NCBI RefSeq assembly: GCF_000143415.4
Contig: NW_003314262.1
Coordinates: forward strand, 5,614,304-5,678,303
DNA from: Selaginella moellendorffii
Lineage: Eukaryota > Plantae > Lycopodiophyta
Direction of reading: 5' to 3'
DNA: 64,000 nt
Within the stretch, counting starts at the first letter, position 1; every line of letters starts with the position of its first letter. The position numbers were made by a program, and so were the translations under genes. This document shows, piece by piece, positions 52,857 through 64,000 of this stretch. The notes under the pieces were generated by a model. It was not told where the DNA came from. It saw only the letters and a program-made list of their open reading frames with translations, and ran no database searches.

Positions 52857-53780
52857 CTACAGAGCTACAAAGGATGAAACCAGCTTGCCTCTGTCATTGT
52901 TGACTGACAAAGCCTCAATATACGGGAACAACGTTGTTGTAATTTTCTTCTTACTCTCCAGCGCATTGTAAACCTGTGAGAGTTCCCTATGGAACTTGGT
53001 GTAAACGTATGCTCCCAAATCGACCTGGACTCCATTGTTCAGGTCCTCGTAGATGAAGGCAACATTCTTGCTCACTGATGTCGCCGTGCGTCGGAATTCC
53101 AATGTCGCGAGAAGGAACTTAAAAATCCCTCGGAATTTTTCCTTCACGTTGGAGAGCTGCAAAGACGCTGCTGTCTTGTAATTTGCTGCACGCTTCATGA
53201 TCTCCGAATCAATGGCTCTGTCTCGCGGAGCTGTCACTCGTTTTCCCCTGTTTGGTAGCTGAAGAGCTTTGGCGAAGTCTTCTTCTTCAATCGTGATTTT
53301 TCCCCGCGCAAAATCGATAATCTTCCTCTCGATTCCCTGCTGGTCGGTGCTTGTCAAAGCTGTCATCAAAACCGAAAAGCCATAGAGTTGATGCTTTCGC
53401 AGCCATGCATCAAGAGTCTCATCGCGAGACCATACCGGATTGCCCACTTGGAAAACCGTGCATACCTTGTTCTCCTCGTCGGAGAGTTCTATCGGTTCTT
53501 CCTCCTCCCGTGGACGGCATGAAGCCCTTGACCCAACTCTAGTCCTCATTGAAACGGCGCTTTCACCAGACCCAGAATCCCTACAGTCTTGATCACTGTT
53601 TGCCCCTTGTGGGCTCCCTTTTTCCTGATCCCGGAACTCTTTTCTTCTCACAGCCGCCAAGATTAGGGTTAGGTCCCATTCTTGTTGAGACAAATTTTCT
53701 CTAAGTGCGTGCATGCATTGGTATGTGTTTTTGTTGATTTCTCTGAACGTTTTCTCTTGAAATTTCTGGCTTTCCACCAT
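52857..53780 (-). CDS. 3' extra ORF resembling Athila-type accessory plant transposon proteins; C-terminus continues frameshifted to 52616
   Basis: Directly after the pol stop; RGKITIEEEDFAKALQLP and GVQVDLGAYVY...LFPYIEAL patterns. Confidence 0.6.
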   Translation of the reverse strand: MVESQKFQEKTFREINKNTYQCMHALRENLSQQEWDLTLILAAVRRKEFRDQEKGSPQGANSDQDCRDSGSGESAVSMRTRVGSRASCRPREEEEPIELSDEENKVCTVFQVGNPVWSRDETLDAWLRKHQLYGFSVLMTALTSTDQQGIERKIIDFARGKITIEEEDFAKALQLPNRGKRVTAPRDRAIDSEIMKRAANYKTAASLQLSNVKEKFRGIFKFLLATLEFRRTATSVSKNVAFIYEDLNNGVQVDLGAYVYTKFHRELSQVYNALESKKKITTTLFPYIEALSVNNDRGKLVSSFVAL

Positions 53781-53798
53781 AGTGTGGAGCACTTGTGG

Positions 53799-56700
53799 TT
53801 ACTTGTAAATCTTCAATTTGTTCAAGTTAACTACTTGCAATTCTTCATCATCTAAAGTTGCAAGTTTTGTTGTTCCTGGGTTTTGCATACTCGTAATCTT
53901 GAATGGTCCTTCCCATTGATGAACGAGTTTTCCTCCAAGTTTATCCACATTGCCACGATACCATAATACAAGATCTCCTACTTTGTAATGTGCTTTGTTT
54001 TTCTTGACTTGTTTGCGATCGTGATAAGCTTTTCTTCTAGCTTGTATTGCTTCAATTGTCCATATTGCACTTAGTCTTTCTTCATCAAGTTTCTCAAGCA
54101 TCGCGAGTCTTTTCTTGATCGATTCTTCTTGATTAATTTCAAGTTCAATGGCCATTCTCAAGGATGGTACTGTGTACTCTAGTGGTGTTAACGCTTCAAG
54201 GCCATAAGCAAGCTTAAAAGGTGTAGAATTTGTTGAAACTTTGTAGGCTGTTCTATAAGCCCAAAGAGCATCGTAAATCCTTTCATCCCAATCCTTAAGG
54301 TTTGTCTTGACGATTTTCTTGAGTATGTTTTTAAGCGTTTTGTTTGTTGATTCTGCTTGTCCATTTAATATGGTGTTGACTTCTTATGGTTGATGATAAA
54401 TTCTTTAACGAGAATGTCGATGGTCTCATTCAGAAAATGTGTTCCTCGATCTGTAACAATTTCTCGTGGTAATCCATATCGTGTTATAATTGTTTCATAG
54501 AGAAACTTGGCTGTATTTTTCGCTGTGGCTTTCTTTAGTGGAAGAGCTTCCGCCCATTTTGTCATATAGTCGGTAGCAACCAAAATGTATTGATTTCCTT
54601 TGCTACTTTTTGCTATAGGTCCAACAAAATCAAGTCCCCAACGCTGGAAGGGTTCCAATGCTGTTGTTGGATTGAGTTCCTGAGTTTGTTTCCTCGGTGG
54701 AAACTTCGTTCTTTGACATATATCACATTCTTGACAATGCTGAGTGGCATCTTTCCAGAGTGTCGGCCACCATAATCCAGCTTGTAACACTTTCCTGGCC
54801 GTAATTTCTTCTGCAAAATGACCTCCCGATCTTCCTACATGAGCTTCATCGAGTAGATCCTTAATCTCTTCTTGTGATTCTATGCATCTTCTCAAAATGT
54901 TGTCATGTCCAAGCTTATATAGTTTGCCTCCCACGACTGAATATCGTCGTGTCCTCAAGACGAATTGTTTCCTTTGATCGTTTGTGAAGTAGTGATTTGG
55001 GATCTTGGTTGTCGTCAAGAATTTGTAAATATCCTGGAGCATTCCTTGAGTTGTGACCTTAAAAAGGTGTGAATCAGGTAAGTCATCGTTGGGTTTTGTG
55101 ACTTGTTCTCCCGTGATAAGTCGACTAAGATGATCAGCTTGCGTATGTTGTTTGCCTGGCTTGTGAATAATCTCAAAGTTGAATTCTTGAAGTAAAAGAA
55201 ACCATCGTGCAATTCTTCCAGTGAGTATTGTCTTGTTGAGTAAGTGTAAGAGTGCTTGGTGATCAACCATGATCTTGACTTTGTTTGAAAGGAGGTAATG
55301 TCGAAATTTGGTGAGTGCATAGACCATTCCTAATGCCTCTTTTTCCGTGGTTGTATAGTTCATCTCTGGTGGGGAGAGTCTGCGGCTTGCGTAGTATATG
55401 GGATGGTCTCTATTATCAGTTTTTCTCTGGCAAAGTATAGCTCCAAGTGCATAATCAGATGCATCTACTTGTACAATGAATTCCTGTGTCCAGTCGGGTT
55501 GAACCAGTATGGGGGCTTTTGTAAGCTTATCCTTAAGTGTGTCAAAAGCTAGTTGGCAATCTTGTGTCCATGCGTAAACTTGAGATTTCTTAAGTAGCTC
55601 CGTGAGCGGTTTAGCAATCGTTGCATAGTCTTGAATAAAACGTCTATGGTAACCCATTTTTCCGAGAAATCTTCTCAAACTCGTTAAATCCATGGGTGGA
55701 GTCATTTTGACAATGACCTCTGTTTTTGCTTTGTCAATGAGAATTCCGTCTTTACAAACGACATGGCCAAGGAGTATTCCTGATTTGACAAAGAAAATAC
55801 ACTTTTCTGGATTAAGTGCAACTTGGTTTTGTCGACATTTAATGAAACACTTTTCTAAGTGTTCAAGATGTTTTTCTTTTGCTCCAAAAACGCTGAAGTC
55901 ATCCATGAAGACGCGCATAAAATCAGTCAAGTATTCCTGAAATGTGTCGGTAATTATCCTTTGAAAAGTAAATGGTGCATTCGTTAATCCGAATGGCATT
56001 CTGGAGTATGCATATGCGCCCCATGGACTTATGAAGGCAGTCTTGTATTGATCTTCTGGTGCTATGTGAACTTGATTATATCCTGAAAACCCGTCGAGGA
56101 ATGAGTACATCTCATGTCCTGCAACTGCATCGAGTATCTCATCTGAGAATGGTATAGGAAAAGAGTCTTTTTCCGTCACATCGTTCAACTTTTTGTAATT
56201 GACACAAATTCGCAATTTGCCATTCTTTTTCGGGACGATAACCAATGGTGACAACCATTGTGCATTCTTGATGGGGTAAATGAATCCAGCATCTTGTAGT
56301 TTGTTGAGTTCTGTTTTGACTTTATCAGCGAAGTTTGGATTCATGCGATAAGCTGTTTGCTTAATTGGTCGAGTTCCTGGTAGTAACTCTATGCGATGTG
56401 TACATAGTTCAGGGGGTATTCCCTTGAGATCTTTGTATGACCATGCGAAAACGTCCTTGTAGGTGATGAGTAATTGTTGAGCTTTTATCTTGAAGTTTTG
56501 GTCAAGATTTGCAGCGATAAGTATATTGTGTGGATCTTCTTGAAGTCCGAGATTGAGTTCTTCAGTTTCTTCATTGAGGTTAATTCGGAGTGTAAAGTCG
56601 TTATTTTGAGATTGTAGGACTGGATTATCATCAATCTGAATGTTGTATTCTTTAGATTGTAATTGTTCAGGCTTGAGAGTTGGCTTCTCGTTTTGTTGTT

Positions 56701-59068
56701 TGATCTTTAATCTTTGTTGATTTTGAGCATGTAGCTTTGTAGAATAGAGTGGTTGGTCCATCGAGTTTAAGTTGTGGTGCTGGTCTTGAGCCACTACTGG
56801 TAGTACATGGTGTAAATCGATTTCTTGAAAAGCTCGTAGCTCTGGGTAAGCTTCAAGGAGTTTGGCTTCTTCAAGGTCGTCCAAGCCTTCTTGCCAATTG
56901 TATTCTTGGGCTTGAATTGGTTGAAATCTTTTCGGAATTTTCCTGGTTGTAGTTGTAGCTATTTTCGTTTGTCCTTTGTCTGATTGTATACAAATTTCAT
57001 GGTCCATCCAATATTGAGCATAAACTGCTTTGTTTAGCCATGGTCTTCCAAGCAAGAGTTCGTAAGAGGATTCTTCAATTGGCATTTTTAATACCATGAA
57101 GTTGATCTTGAACTTGTGTCCTTTGATTCCAATGGTGATATCTCTTATTATGCCAGCTGGTCTTACAACATGTTGGTCTGCCATGCGGACATTGAAGGGA
57201 GCAGGTTGTATGGGTCCAAGTCCCATTGCTTTACATATACCATGCTCGATTATATTCACACCCGAGCCTCCATCGAGTATTGCTCCAGTGATTTGATTCT
57301 TGCCTATGTTGAGGTCAATACAAGGTACATTATCATCGTAATCTCCAGGTTGGATTTTTACGTTATCCTCTTTCTCAGTTTTAGATGAAAATTGCTTTTC
57401 TTGAGTGCGAGCAGCAGGAATTTGTGGACAACAAATCTTAAGTATTTGGCTCTTAAGATATGGTGCTATTTGAAGTATTTGTTGTAAGGTTAATGTGATT
57501 CCGTGTTGCAGTATTTGTTCTGCAAGTGAGGTGTGCTCTTCTTCAGAGAAACCTGTTGTTTGTTGATCGTTGGATGGTTTGTCATGGTCTTCAATGACCT
57601 GTGGTTCGTGTTCCTGCAATTCAGCCTGAATTGCTTGAAGTATTTTCTTTCTTTTCTTCCATTCGGTTTCTGGGATAACTTCAACTTCATCATTGTAATC
57701 TTGTTCTTCCAGATTTTCTGGTTGCTGATACTTGGATTGTTGTCTCGTGATAGTTCGTATTGCTGGTTCTTCAAAAGTTTGTGGGTCGTCAATTTCCACC
57801 TCAACATTTCGTGCTGCTGGTGGTCTTGGCCTCGGAGCCTGATTGTTTACTCCTTGGTTATTTTCGCGATTTGCATTTTGGTAAGGTTGTCGGGGACGAT
57901 TATCTTGCTGCGGTGCAGGTTGCTGGTTGTAATTGTAACCTTGAGCTTGGGGTGGTCTTTGATTATAATTCCGATATGGTTCTTGATCATAATTGTAATT
58001 TCGTGGGGGAGGACGTTGATAGTTGTCCTGAGGTCCATCACGTTGCTGATATGTATTGTAGTTTCTTCCATAATTTCCAGTATAGTTGTTTGGTCTTTGA
58101 TCTTGAGGGGGCATTCTATTGTAGTTGCTATTGTCTCGCTGGTAATAGTTTTGTCTTTGATTATACAAATTATCATCACGTTGATAATAATTGTTATATC
58201 TTGGAGGTTGATTTCGTGGTGGTCGCACGTTTTGATTCCAGTTTCCTTGATATTGAGGATTGGGCTCTTGTCGAGGAACATTCTCGATTCTTGAAACTTC
58301 CATTGTATTCCTGTATCGGCATTTCTTGGCTGTATGGCCTTCTCTTTCACAAATTTGACACTTTGGAAGTTGTAACTTGCATTTCGAATATGTATGTCCC
58401 TCATTTTTACACTTTGTACACCACACTCCTGCTTTGAGTTCGGTTTGTGAGATTTTCCTGATTATATCCTTCAAGTCTTGGTCTTTTGGTGTTTTCTTCT
58501 TTGTCTTAATGCGTATTTCTTCCTCTTCTTCATCATCTGAACTGTCATCGGTTTGTGAAGGTATAGCTTTTGTAAATTGCTTGAATCTCTTTTCCAATGT
58601 GAGGATTTCTTTGGAGAGTGTATCAACACTTTCATCATTTGGATTCTCTGTTGCAGCAGCAATTGCTACCATGTTTCTATAGATTTCTTTTAGTCCTTGG
58701 ATATAGGATAAGCTCTTTCCTTTATCTGTTATCAAATCCTTGCAGCGCTTTGCATGAAACTTAAATCGTCGAGTGTAATCTTGAATTCCTTCACGTGATT
58801 TTTGCTTAAAGTTTTTGATGATCTCATAGTGTTCTTCTGGAGTTCCACCGGTCTGGAATTGCTCCTTGAATTGTGTGACCTTTTCATCATGGGTCAAAGC
58901 ATCATCGAGTGTATTATGCCAATCGAGTGCTTTTCCCTTAAGTGTGTATGGGAAAAGTTGCAAGTTTGGTTTTGTTGCAAGTTTGGTTTTGTTGTATAAA
59001 TACGAAGTCAAGCTCTTGTGTCTTGAGTCTTCTGCAAGTGTGATTTTGTTGTATAAATACGAAGTCAA
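53799..59068 (-). pseudogene. gag-pol: gag-pol polyprotein with an integrase frameshift at ~54365 and no clear ATG at its 5' end
   Basis: Two CCHC knuckles, N/Q/Y-rich tract, ILDGGSG, RT, RNase H, GGHF..CDIC, WGLDFVGP; STPY then NGQAESTNK in another frame; WEGPF near the end. Confidence 0.92.
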
Positions 59069-59088
59069 GCTCTTGTGTCTTGAGTCTT
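58976..59088. repeat. 57-bp in-frame tandem duplication at the gag 5' end
   Basis: EDSRHKSLTSYLYNK is encoded twice. Confidence 0.85.
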
Positions 59089-59606
59089 CAATCGAGTTTT
59101 TCTTTCTCGATTCTTCCCGAGTTTCTTTTCGAGGTCACTTTCCTGTATCTAGCTCAGAAAAGGTCTTGTATTTGAAAAATCTGGTGGTGTATGTAAGTAC
59201 GATTTTGTTTGTGGAAGGAGGTCGGTTGTGTCATAAATTGATCGATATAGCTGTTTGCTAGTGATATTTGGTGCTGCTCTCCAAGTTTGGGATCGAGCAG
59301 GTATGCAAACGATTGCAACTCTCTTTAGGAGTCCAATCTTATCTAAATTCTTGAACAATTGTTTTGGTCTCTTACAATATCTTGGTCGTACTGGAATGCG
59401 AGCTCTCACTATGAGTGTTTGTGTTTCCCAGTCATTGGTAGTATTTGAAAATGCTGAATACAGCAGTAGTTGTATTTTAATGTCCTAATTCTCGTATGTT
59501 TCTAGTCTCTAATGACGTTCACACGTCACAATATAGTTTCCAACAGATTCTTGCTGCTTTTAGCCTATGTGTGCGCGGGTTTATCCAGCGCAATTTTTCT
59601 CTATGA

Positions 59607-60458
59607 TCAATTTTGTGATGGTGCATTTCCCTGATGTTGTTCTTGCCGGTGGTGTTCTACTTCCCTCAGTCGTATAGCACGTTCTCTTTCACGATCAGAG
59701 TCAATCGCTTCACGAACTTCCCAAGGGATAGTCTCAATTAATACTCTTGCATTATAAGTTTGAATCCTTGATGCAGGATCTCCTAAAATACTCCTCAAAA
59801 TGTTGAGACTGCTTGGACGCACTCTTCCTTGTTGGTTGCGAGTGATATGTTGCTCTAGGCTGGGGTTTCGGCATTGAACCTCAGTGTCAAAGTTGAAGTT
59901 CGGTACTGTATTTAATCTTGGCCTATTGTGATCCTGTCTTAAATTTCTCCTCCTTCGACTTGTTATCCTCGAGTTTCCAAGTCGTTCACTTGAACTTGTC
60001 TCAAGTTCAGGGTCCCGTCGGTTTCTTAATCTCGAATTCCGAATTTGATTTTGTTGATAGCCTTGTCCTTGATTTCTTAATTCTCTAGCTATTCTCGTCC
60101 GTCCTAAACGGTGCCAATATGCTATAGTATATAGTTCGATAAGAGTGCTTGTTGGTAGCGTTACACGAAGAGGACTTTGAAGAAGTCGGTAAAGTAATTC
60201 CGCGTTCTCTTCGAAATCTCTAAATCTAAGAGTGTCCACAAACCAACGAACTTGTGGTTCAAAGGTACCACACTCTGTTGCTGCTATGACTCTCGTCAAA
60301 TCAGTGTTGAAAGCAAGCGTTAATGGTTGAAACGTTTCATGTTTGTGTATGCCTAGGAATTCGACAATTGTTTGTTGAAAGAGGTGTCCGCGATACACCC
60401 AAGTCAGGATTCTTCGAGTTGCAAAGAAATCGAAGTAAACATATTTGTCTTTCAACAT
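59607..60458 (-). CDS. 5' extra ORF 2 of the Athila-like element (283 aa, unknown function)
   Basis: ATG-initiated, intact, between PBS and gag in the sense direction. Confidence 0.6.
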   Translation of the reverse strand: MLKDKYVYFDFFATRRILTWVYRGHLFQQTIVEFLGIHKHETFQPLTLAFNTDLTRVIAATECGTFEPQVRWFVDTLRFRDFEENAELLYRLLQSPLRVTLPTSTLIELYTIAYWHRLGRTRIARELRNQGQGYQQNQIRNSRLRNRRDPELETSSSERLGNSRITSRRRRNLRQDHNRPRLNTVPNFNFDTEVQCRNPSLEQHITRNQQGRVRPSSLNILRSILGDPASRIQTYNARVLIETIPWEVREAIDSDRERERAIRLREVEHHRQEQHQGNAPSQN

Positions 60459-60479
60459 TTCCTCATTTTTGCATCCTTC

Positions 60480-60809
60480 CTATCTGCTAGACAATTTGTA
60501 GAAGAGTCGCAGAATCGTTTCTTGAAGTTTTTGTAAGCAACTAAAGCTTTGTTTCGCTGCTTGTTCTAAACTATCGTCTCTCTTTTTAGTGTCGTTTTCT
60601 TGGGCTATTTCTTCTCGTTTTCTTCTCTCCTCCGCTATGGCATTTTCATCCTTGATTCGGAGTCTAGCTTTTGCTTTCTTGCAAGTGTCACATCGCCATT
60701 TTGGATAGCATTGCTTGTACGGTTTTGCACAATTTCTGAAACCACACAAAAAGCAGTCTTCGTATCTTGTACAGCTTGTGTCTCCAAATGGGCAGTCGTG
60801 CTTTTTCAT
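60480..60809 (-). CDS. 5' extra ORF 1 of the Athila-like element (109 aa, Cys-rich N-terminus then charged helix)
   Basis: 8 Cys within residues 6-43; ATG start; ends 21 bp before the next ORF. Confidence 0.5.
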   Translation of the reverse strand: MKKHDCPFGDTSCTRYEDCFLCGFRNCAKPYKQCYPKWRCDTCKKAKARLRIKDENAIAEERRKREEIAQENDTKKRDDSLEQAAKQSFSCLQKLQETILRLFYKLSSR

Positions 60810-61613
60810 TCTTCCTCCATCTCCAGCCGCTAGAATTTTCCCTTAGTCGTTTCCTTTTTGCAGATCCTTGGAATATTCACTTTCTTCAACATCTCGCCAA
60901 AAACAGTTATGCGTATGCTCCAAGTTTTCCACGACTTGGGTGGCTTCAATCTTTATGTGTTCTTCATCTTTTGGTCTTACGCTCCATTTGTTTCTTCATT
61001 CCTTCATGCTCTTCCACCGTTTTTGTTTTACGGTCTTGTTTTTCTTGATTTTTGGGGCTTTTTTTTTTTTCTTCCTATGCCATTTTCTTGAGCGTCTTTG
61101 GTCCGTTTTCCTTGAAGTTTTGGGGGAAATGAGTGTCTTGGTCTGCTCTATTCCATGAGCTCTTCACGTCACCATCATCCCACCGTGGTCGCCAGTGAAA
61201 ACACCTGGAATCTCTGGACTGGGAGGAAACGTCCACACGAGATTTTCCTAGGAGTTTCAAATCTAATCTAGTCCCTAAATCTATAACTACACTACAAGAA
61301 GAATGCACTTACCTGCTTGTGCCGAGCCAAGTTGAGACTGTGAACAAGTGCTTGAAGGTGCTAGTCCCACGCCTTTGATCCCTTGAAGGCGGTGGGTAAG
61401 TAAGACATAGCTGTGAAGAGCTGAAGAGATAGGCAGAAAGACGATGTATTGCAATGTATTTTGTATTAGGGATAAGTCTAAAAACATTCTAAGTCCTACT
61501 TTTATAGTCGCTACTTCTCACGTCAAGGTTAGGAATACAGTCCTAACCTTGAACCTCTCAAGTTTACTTTCCTAAGCTTGAATCCTCGAGCTTGTCTTTT
61601 TCTCCCTTTTCCA

Positions 61614-62301
61614 GATACGCCACACTTTTACGAGTGCTTATCATCCACAATCAGACGGTCTGGTGGAACGGCTCGTTCGGACATTCAAAGGGATGATTGC
61701 GAAGTATGTGAACTTTCAACATTCGGATTGGGATGGTTATTTGCCGTCTCTTCGGTATGCTTATGTCACAGGGGTGCAGAGTTCTGTTGGTGCTTCACCA
61801 TATAAACTTCTATATGGTCATGATCCAATATTACCAACAGAGCTAGGTTTACCTTCGCGATTGCCACGAGCTCCTGATGCTAGGTCATGGGATCAATATT
61901 TGACAAGCATTCTTCCACTTGTCCGAGCAGAGTCTGCTGAACACTTAGGCCGCATACAAGTGGGACAACAACGGCGCTACAATTCCCATCATCGTCCACC
62001 AGCGGAGTACAAAGTGGATGATTTGGTGTTAGTCCGTTTTCCCCATCTTACGGTACGTGGTTTATCTAAGGGGCTCCTTGCGCAGTGGAAAGGACCGTAT
62101 CGGGTGTTGCGGCAAGTTGGACCACAAGTTTATGAGGTTCGGCATGACGTTCAGCAGGCTGATCCTCCGGAGATTGTGCATGTGCAGCGGTTAAAACGCT
62201 TCATACAGAGGGATCAGGAGCAGTTAATACCGTCTACAGATCCACCGATGCCTCCTCCTGACGTTCCTCCAGATCCCGGCCCATCTACAAGCGAACCCTG
62301 A
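61614..62301 (+). pseudogene. pol: Integrase C-terminal part of the 46644 element
   Basis: GI|RHTFTSAYHPQSDGLVERL restored by removing the insert; WKGPY motif. Confidence 0.9.
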
Positions 62302-63153
62302 CAACCTTCCATTATTCCGAGAGGAGGGGATGATGTGAGGGCCAAGTGTACGGCTACGATGCCGTATACTAATATTAGCGTAGTGGATTTTGGTAGCCGT
62401 CGGATTGGTTTCAATCTGGACCACTCGCTCCTGTATATAAGCTAGGGTTTTTGGGTTAATTGGGATGCACATTTCTGTAGTCCCTTTCCATATTCCATGC
62501 ACTCACAGTTATTATTTATATAGTGATATTTATTGTTTAATACAAAGCTTCCAACATTGGTAAGTGTATAAATTTATCATCACTAAAATACATAATCTGT
62601 GTATATAATCAAATTCCTTTTTAAACAATCCATATTTTTAAATGCATATATCATAATTAAAGTTTTAATTAGTATGAGTGGAGATTGATAAAGAATCAAA
62701 TAAATACTAATTTTTTTACAAATATCATAATATAATTCCTAACAATAATACTTGAATAGAAAGTCAGCATAATATTTCAAATTATTTCTATAATATGATA
62801 ATAGTTTTTTTTTAAATTTAAAAGTTTTAAATAGCTATATATTTGATTTAGTTATTAGCATGAAGACAATTTTCCAGCTGGATATAACTATTTTAATTTA
62901 TCAGTAAAATGTTTTTTTAATAAAAAAGAAATATTTAAATCATTTTCTCTTATTTATTTTAAATACTAGACTATTGTTATGTTTTTCTGAGTAAAAATAT
63001 TAAAATATATATATTAAAAATATTATAGAAAGTTTAAATATATTAAAAGCTCTTAGAGTAGTGTATATATTGTATAATATGTATTCAACTATTTAGGAAT
63101 ATAAAAAGGCTGTCAACATATTTTCATCAAAATTTATAATAGCTACATAAGAA

Positions 63154-64000
63154 ATGATGAATTTAATCAAATTGAATTTATGTATTTTATTATTTTGCAT
63201 ACTTGTAGCCAGATCAGTATCCCCTTTATATAGACCCAAATTTGGAAAGCTTAATTTCTTAAGTCCAAATGATATTGCAAAAATACTAGGTGCATTTACT
63301 AATTTAATCAGCAAAATAAGTAGAGATGATCCATATGTAGCTAATTATGGGGATGGAGAGATTATTGAAGTTTCAAAAGGATTAATTAGTCTTAAGTTTA
63401 AAAGAAAGGATCAATGCTCCATAGAGAGTACTTCAAATAATGTTTTTGGAAGAGCTTTAATTGCAGGATTTCAGAATCTTATAAATCAAAATCGTAATAA
63501 TATATTAGAACATAATTCAGATTACTTTCAAAATGAAAGCATTAATTATTTTATAGAATATAAATTAGTACAAGAATGGGAAGAATGGTTTCTAATAAAC
63601 CAATTGAATAAGCTTGATGATTCTTATTATTGCCATTTATTATCAAGTACACTTATTAATCCCTCAATACTTTATGAAGGTCAATTTTTAACTTCTCCTA
63701 ATAAAAAAAATGTTTTACTAATAGAATCTAACTGTAAGATAGTTCTATATTCATCATTAAAAAAAATTTGGGAAGCTAAAACATCTATAAAGGATGCTAT
63801 AAATTGTAAACTTATGTTACAAAATGATGGAAATTTAGTTTTTTATTTTCAAAAGGTAGTAGTATGGGCTAGTAATAAATATTGTTTACATCAACCATTA
63901 TGTATGTTATCTGTACTTTTAACAGTTCAAAATGATTGTAACTTAGTAATTTATTTAACTCAATTTCCTAATAATGTTTTATGGACATCAAATACATTTA
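63154..64000 (+). CDS. Secreted protein: signal peptide, ~145-aa unknown region, bulb-type (GNA) mannose lectin domain; runs off the window
   Basis: 282 codons without a stop from ATG 63154 (MMNLIKLNLCILLFCILVARS); LMLQNDGNLVFY...VVWASN and VQNDCNLVIY...LWTSNT match QxDxNxVxY. Confidence 0.85.
   Translation, partial: MMNLIKLNLCILLFCILVARSVSPLYRPKFGKLNFLSPNDIAKILGAFTNLISKISRDDPYVANYGDGEIIEVSKGLISLKFKRKDQCSIESTSNNVFGRALIAGFQNLINQNRNNILEHNSDYFQNESINYFIEYKLVQEWEEWFLINQLNKLDDSYYCHLLSSTLINPSILYEGQFLTSPNKKNVLLIESNCKIVLYSSLKKIWEAKTSIKDAINCKLMLQNDGNLVFYFQKVVVWASNKYCLHQPLCMLSVLLTVQNDCNLVIYLTQFPNNVLWTSNTF

Larger units (their letters stand above)
50765..61613 (-). mobile_element. Athila-like non-chromovirus with three LTRs (50765-51184, 52164-52581, 61196-61613)
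   Basis: TSD GATAC around the whole unit; PBS TGGCGACCACGGTGGGA (tRNA-Arg-like) 61178-61194; RT FLDGFSGYNQ / VFMDDFSVFG; no chromodomain or second RNase H seen. Confidence 0.9.
46644..62507 (+). mobile_element. Small (~5 kb without the nested insert) non-chromovirus Ty3/gypsy, possibly Selgy-like; 174-bp LTRs 46644-46817 and 62334-62507
   Basis: 2 LTR mismatches seen; TSD GTTA; PBS TGGTGGAGGTGAGGGGCA (tRNA-Ala-like); PPT GAGAGGAGGGGATGA; no chromodomain. Confidence 0.92.

Noticed and set aside
57533-58437. Hydrophobic plus-strand ORFs as membrane or env proteins
   Set aside because: Antisense shadows of the N/Q-rich gag tract

Overview
Eukaryotic land-plant genomic DNA, most likely a lycophyte such as Selaginella (inferred from ~50-60 bp introns, tightly packed GC-rich genes and the retrotransposon types). 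1-7.9 kb: AT-rich TE debris with a PIF/Harbinger-type non-autonomous element and a TRIM-like LTR element holding a hairpin tandem array. 7.9-21.5 kb: four minus-strand genes: an O-fucosyltransferase-family gene, a Crinkler/RHS-like header-NTPase-nuclease-fold gene, a STRUBBELIG-family LRR receptor kinase, and an unrecognised MGLCVS-starting disordered protein with EAR-like motifs. 22-62.5 kb: nested Ty3/gypsy cluster resolvable by LTRs, PBS, PPT and TSDs: a decayed host element interrupted by a non-autonomous long-LTR element and a young chromovirus, a solo LTR inside an older LTR, and a small non-chromovirus (4-bp TSD, -1 frameshift pseudoknot) carrying a three-LTR Athila-like element with extra ORFs on both sides of gag-pol. 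The window ends in an AT-rich ORF missing from the ORF track: signal peptide, unknown domain and bulb-type mannose lectin. All calls were read by eye; no searches were run.
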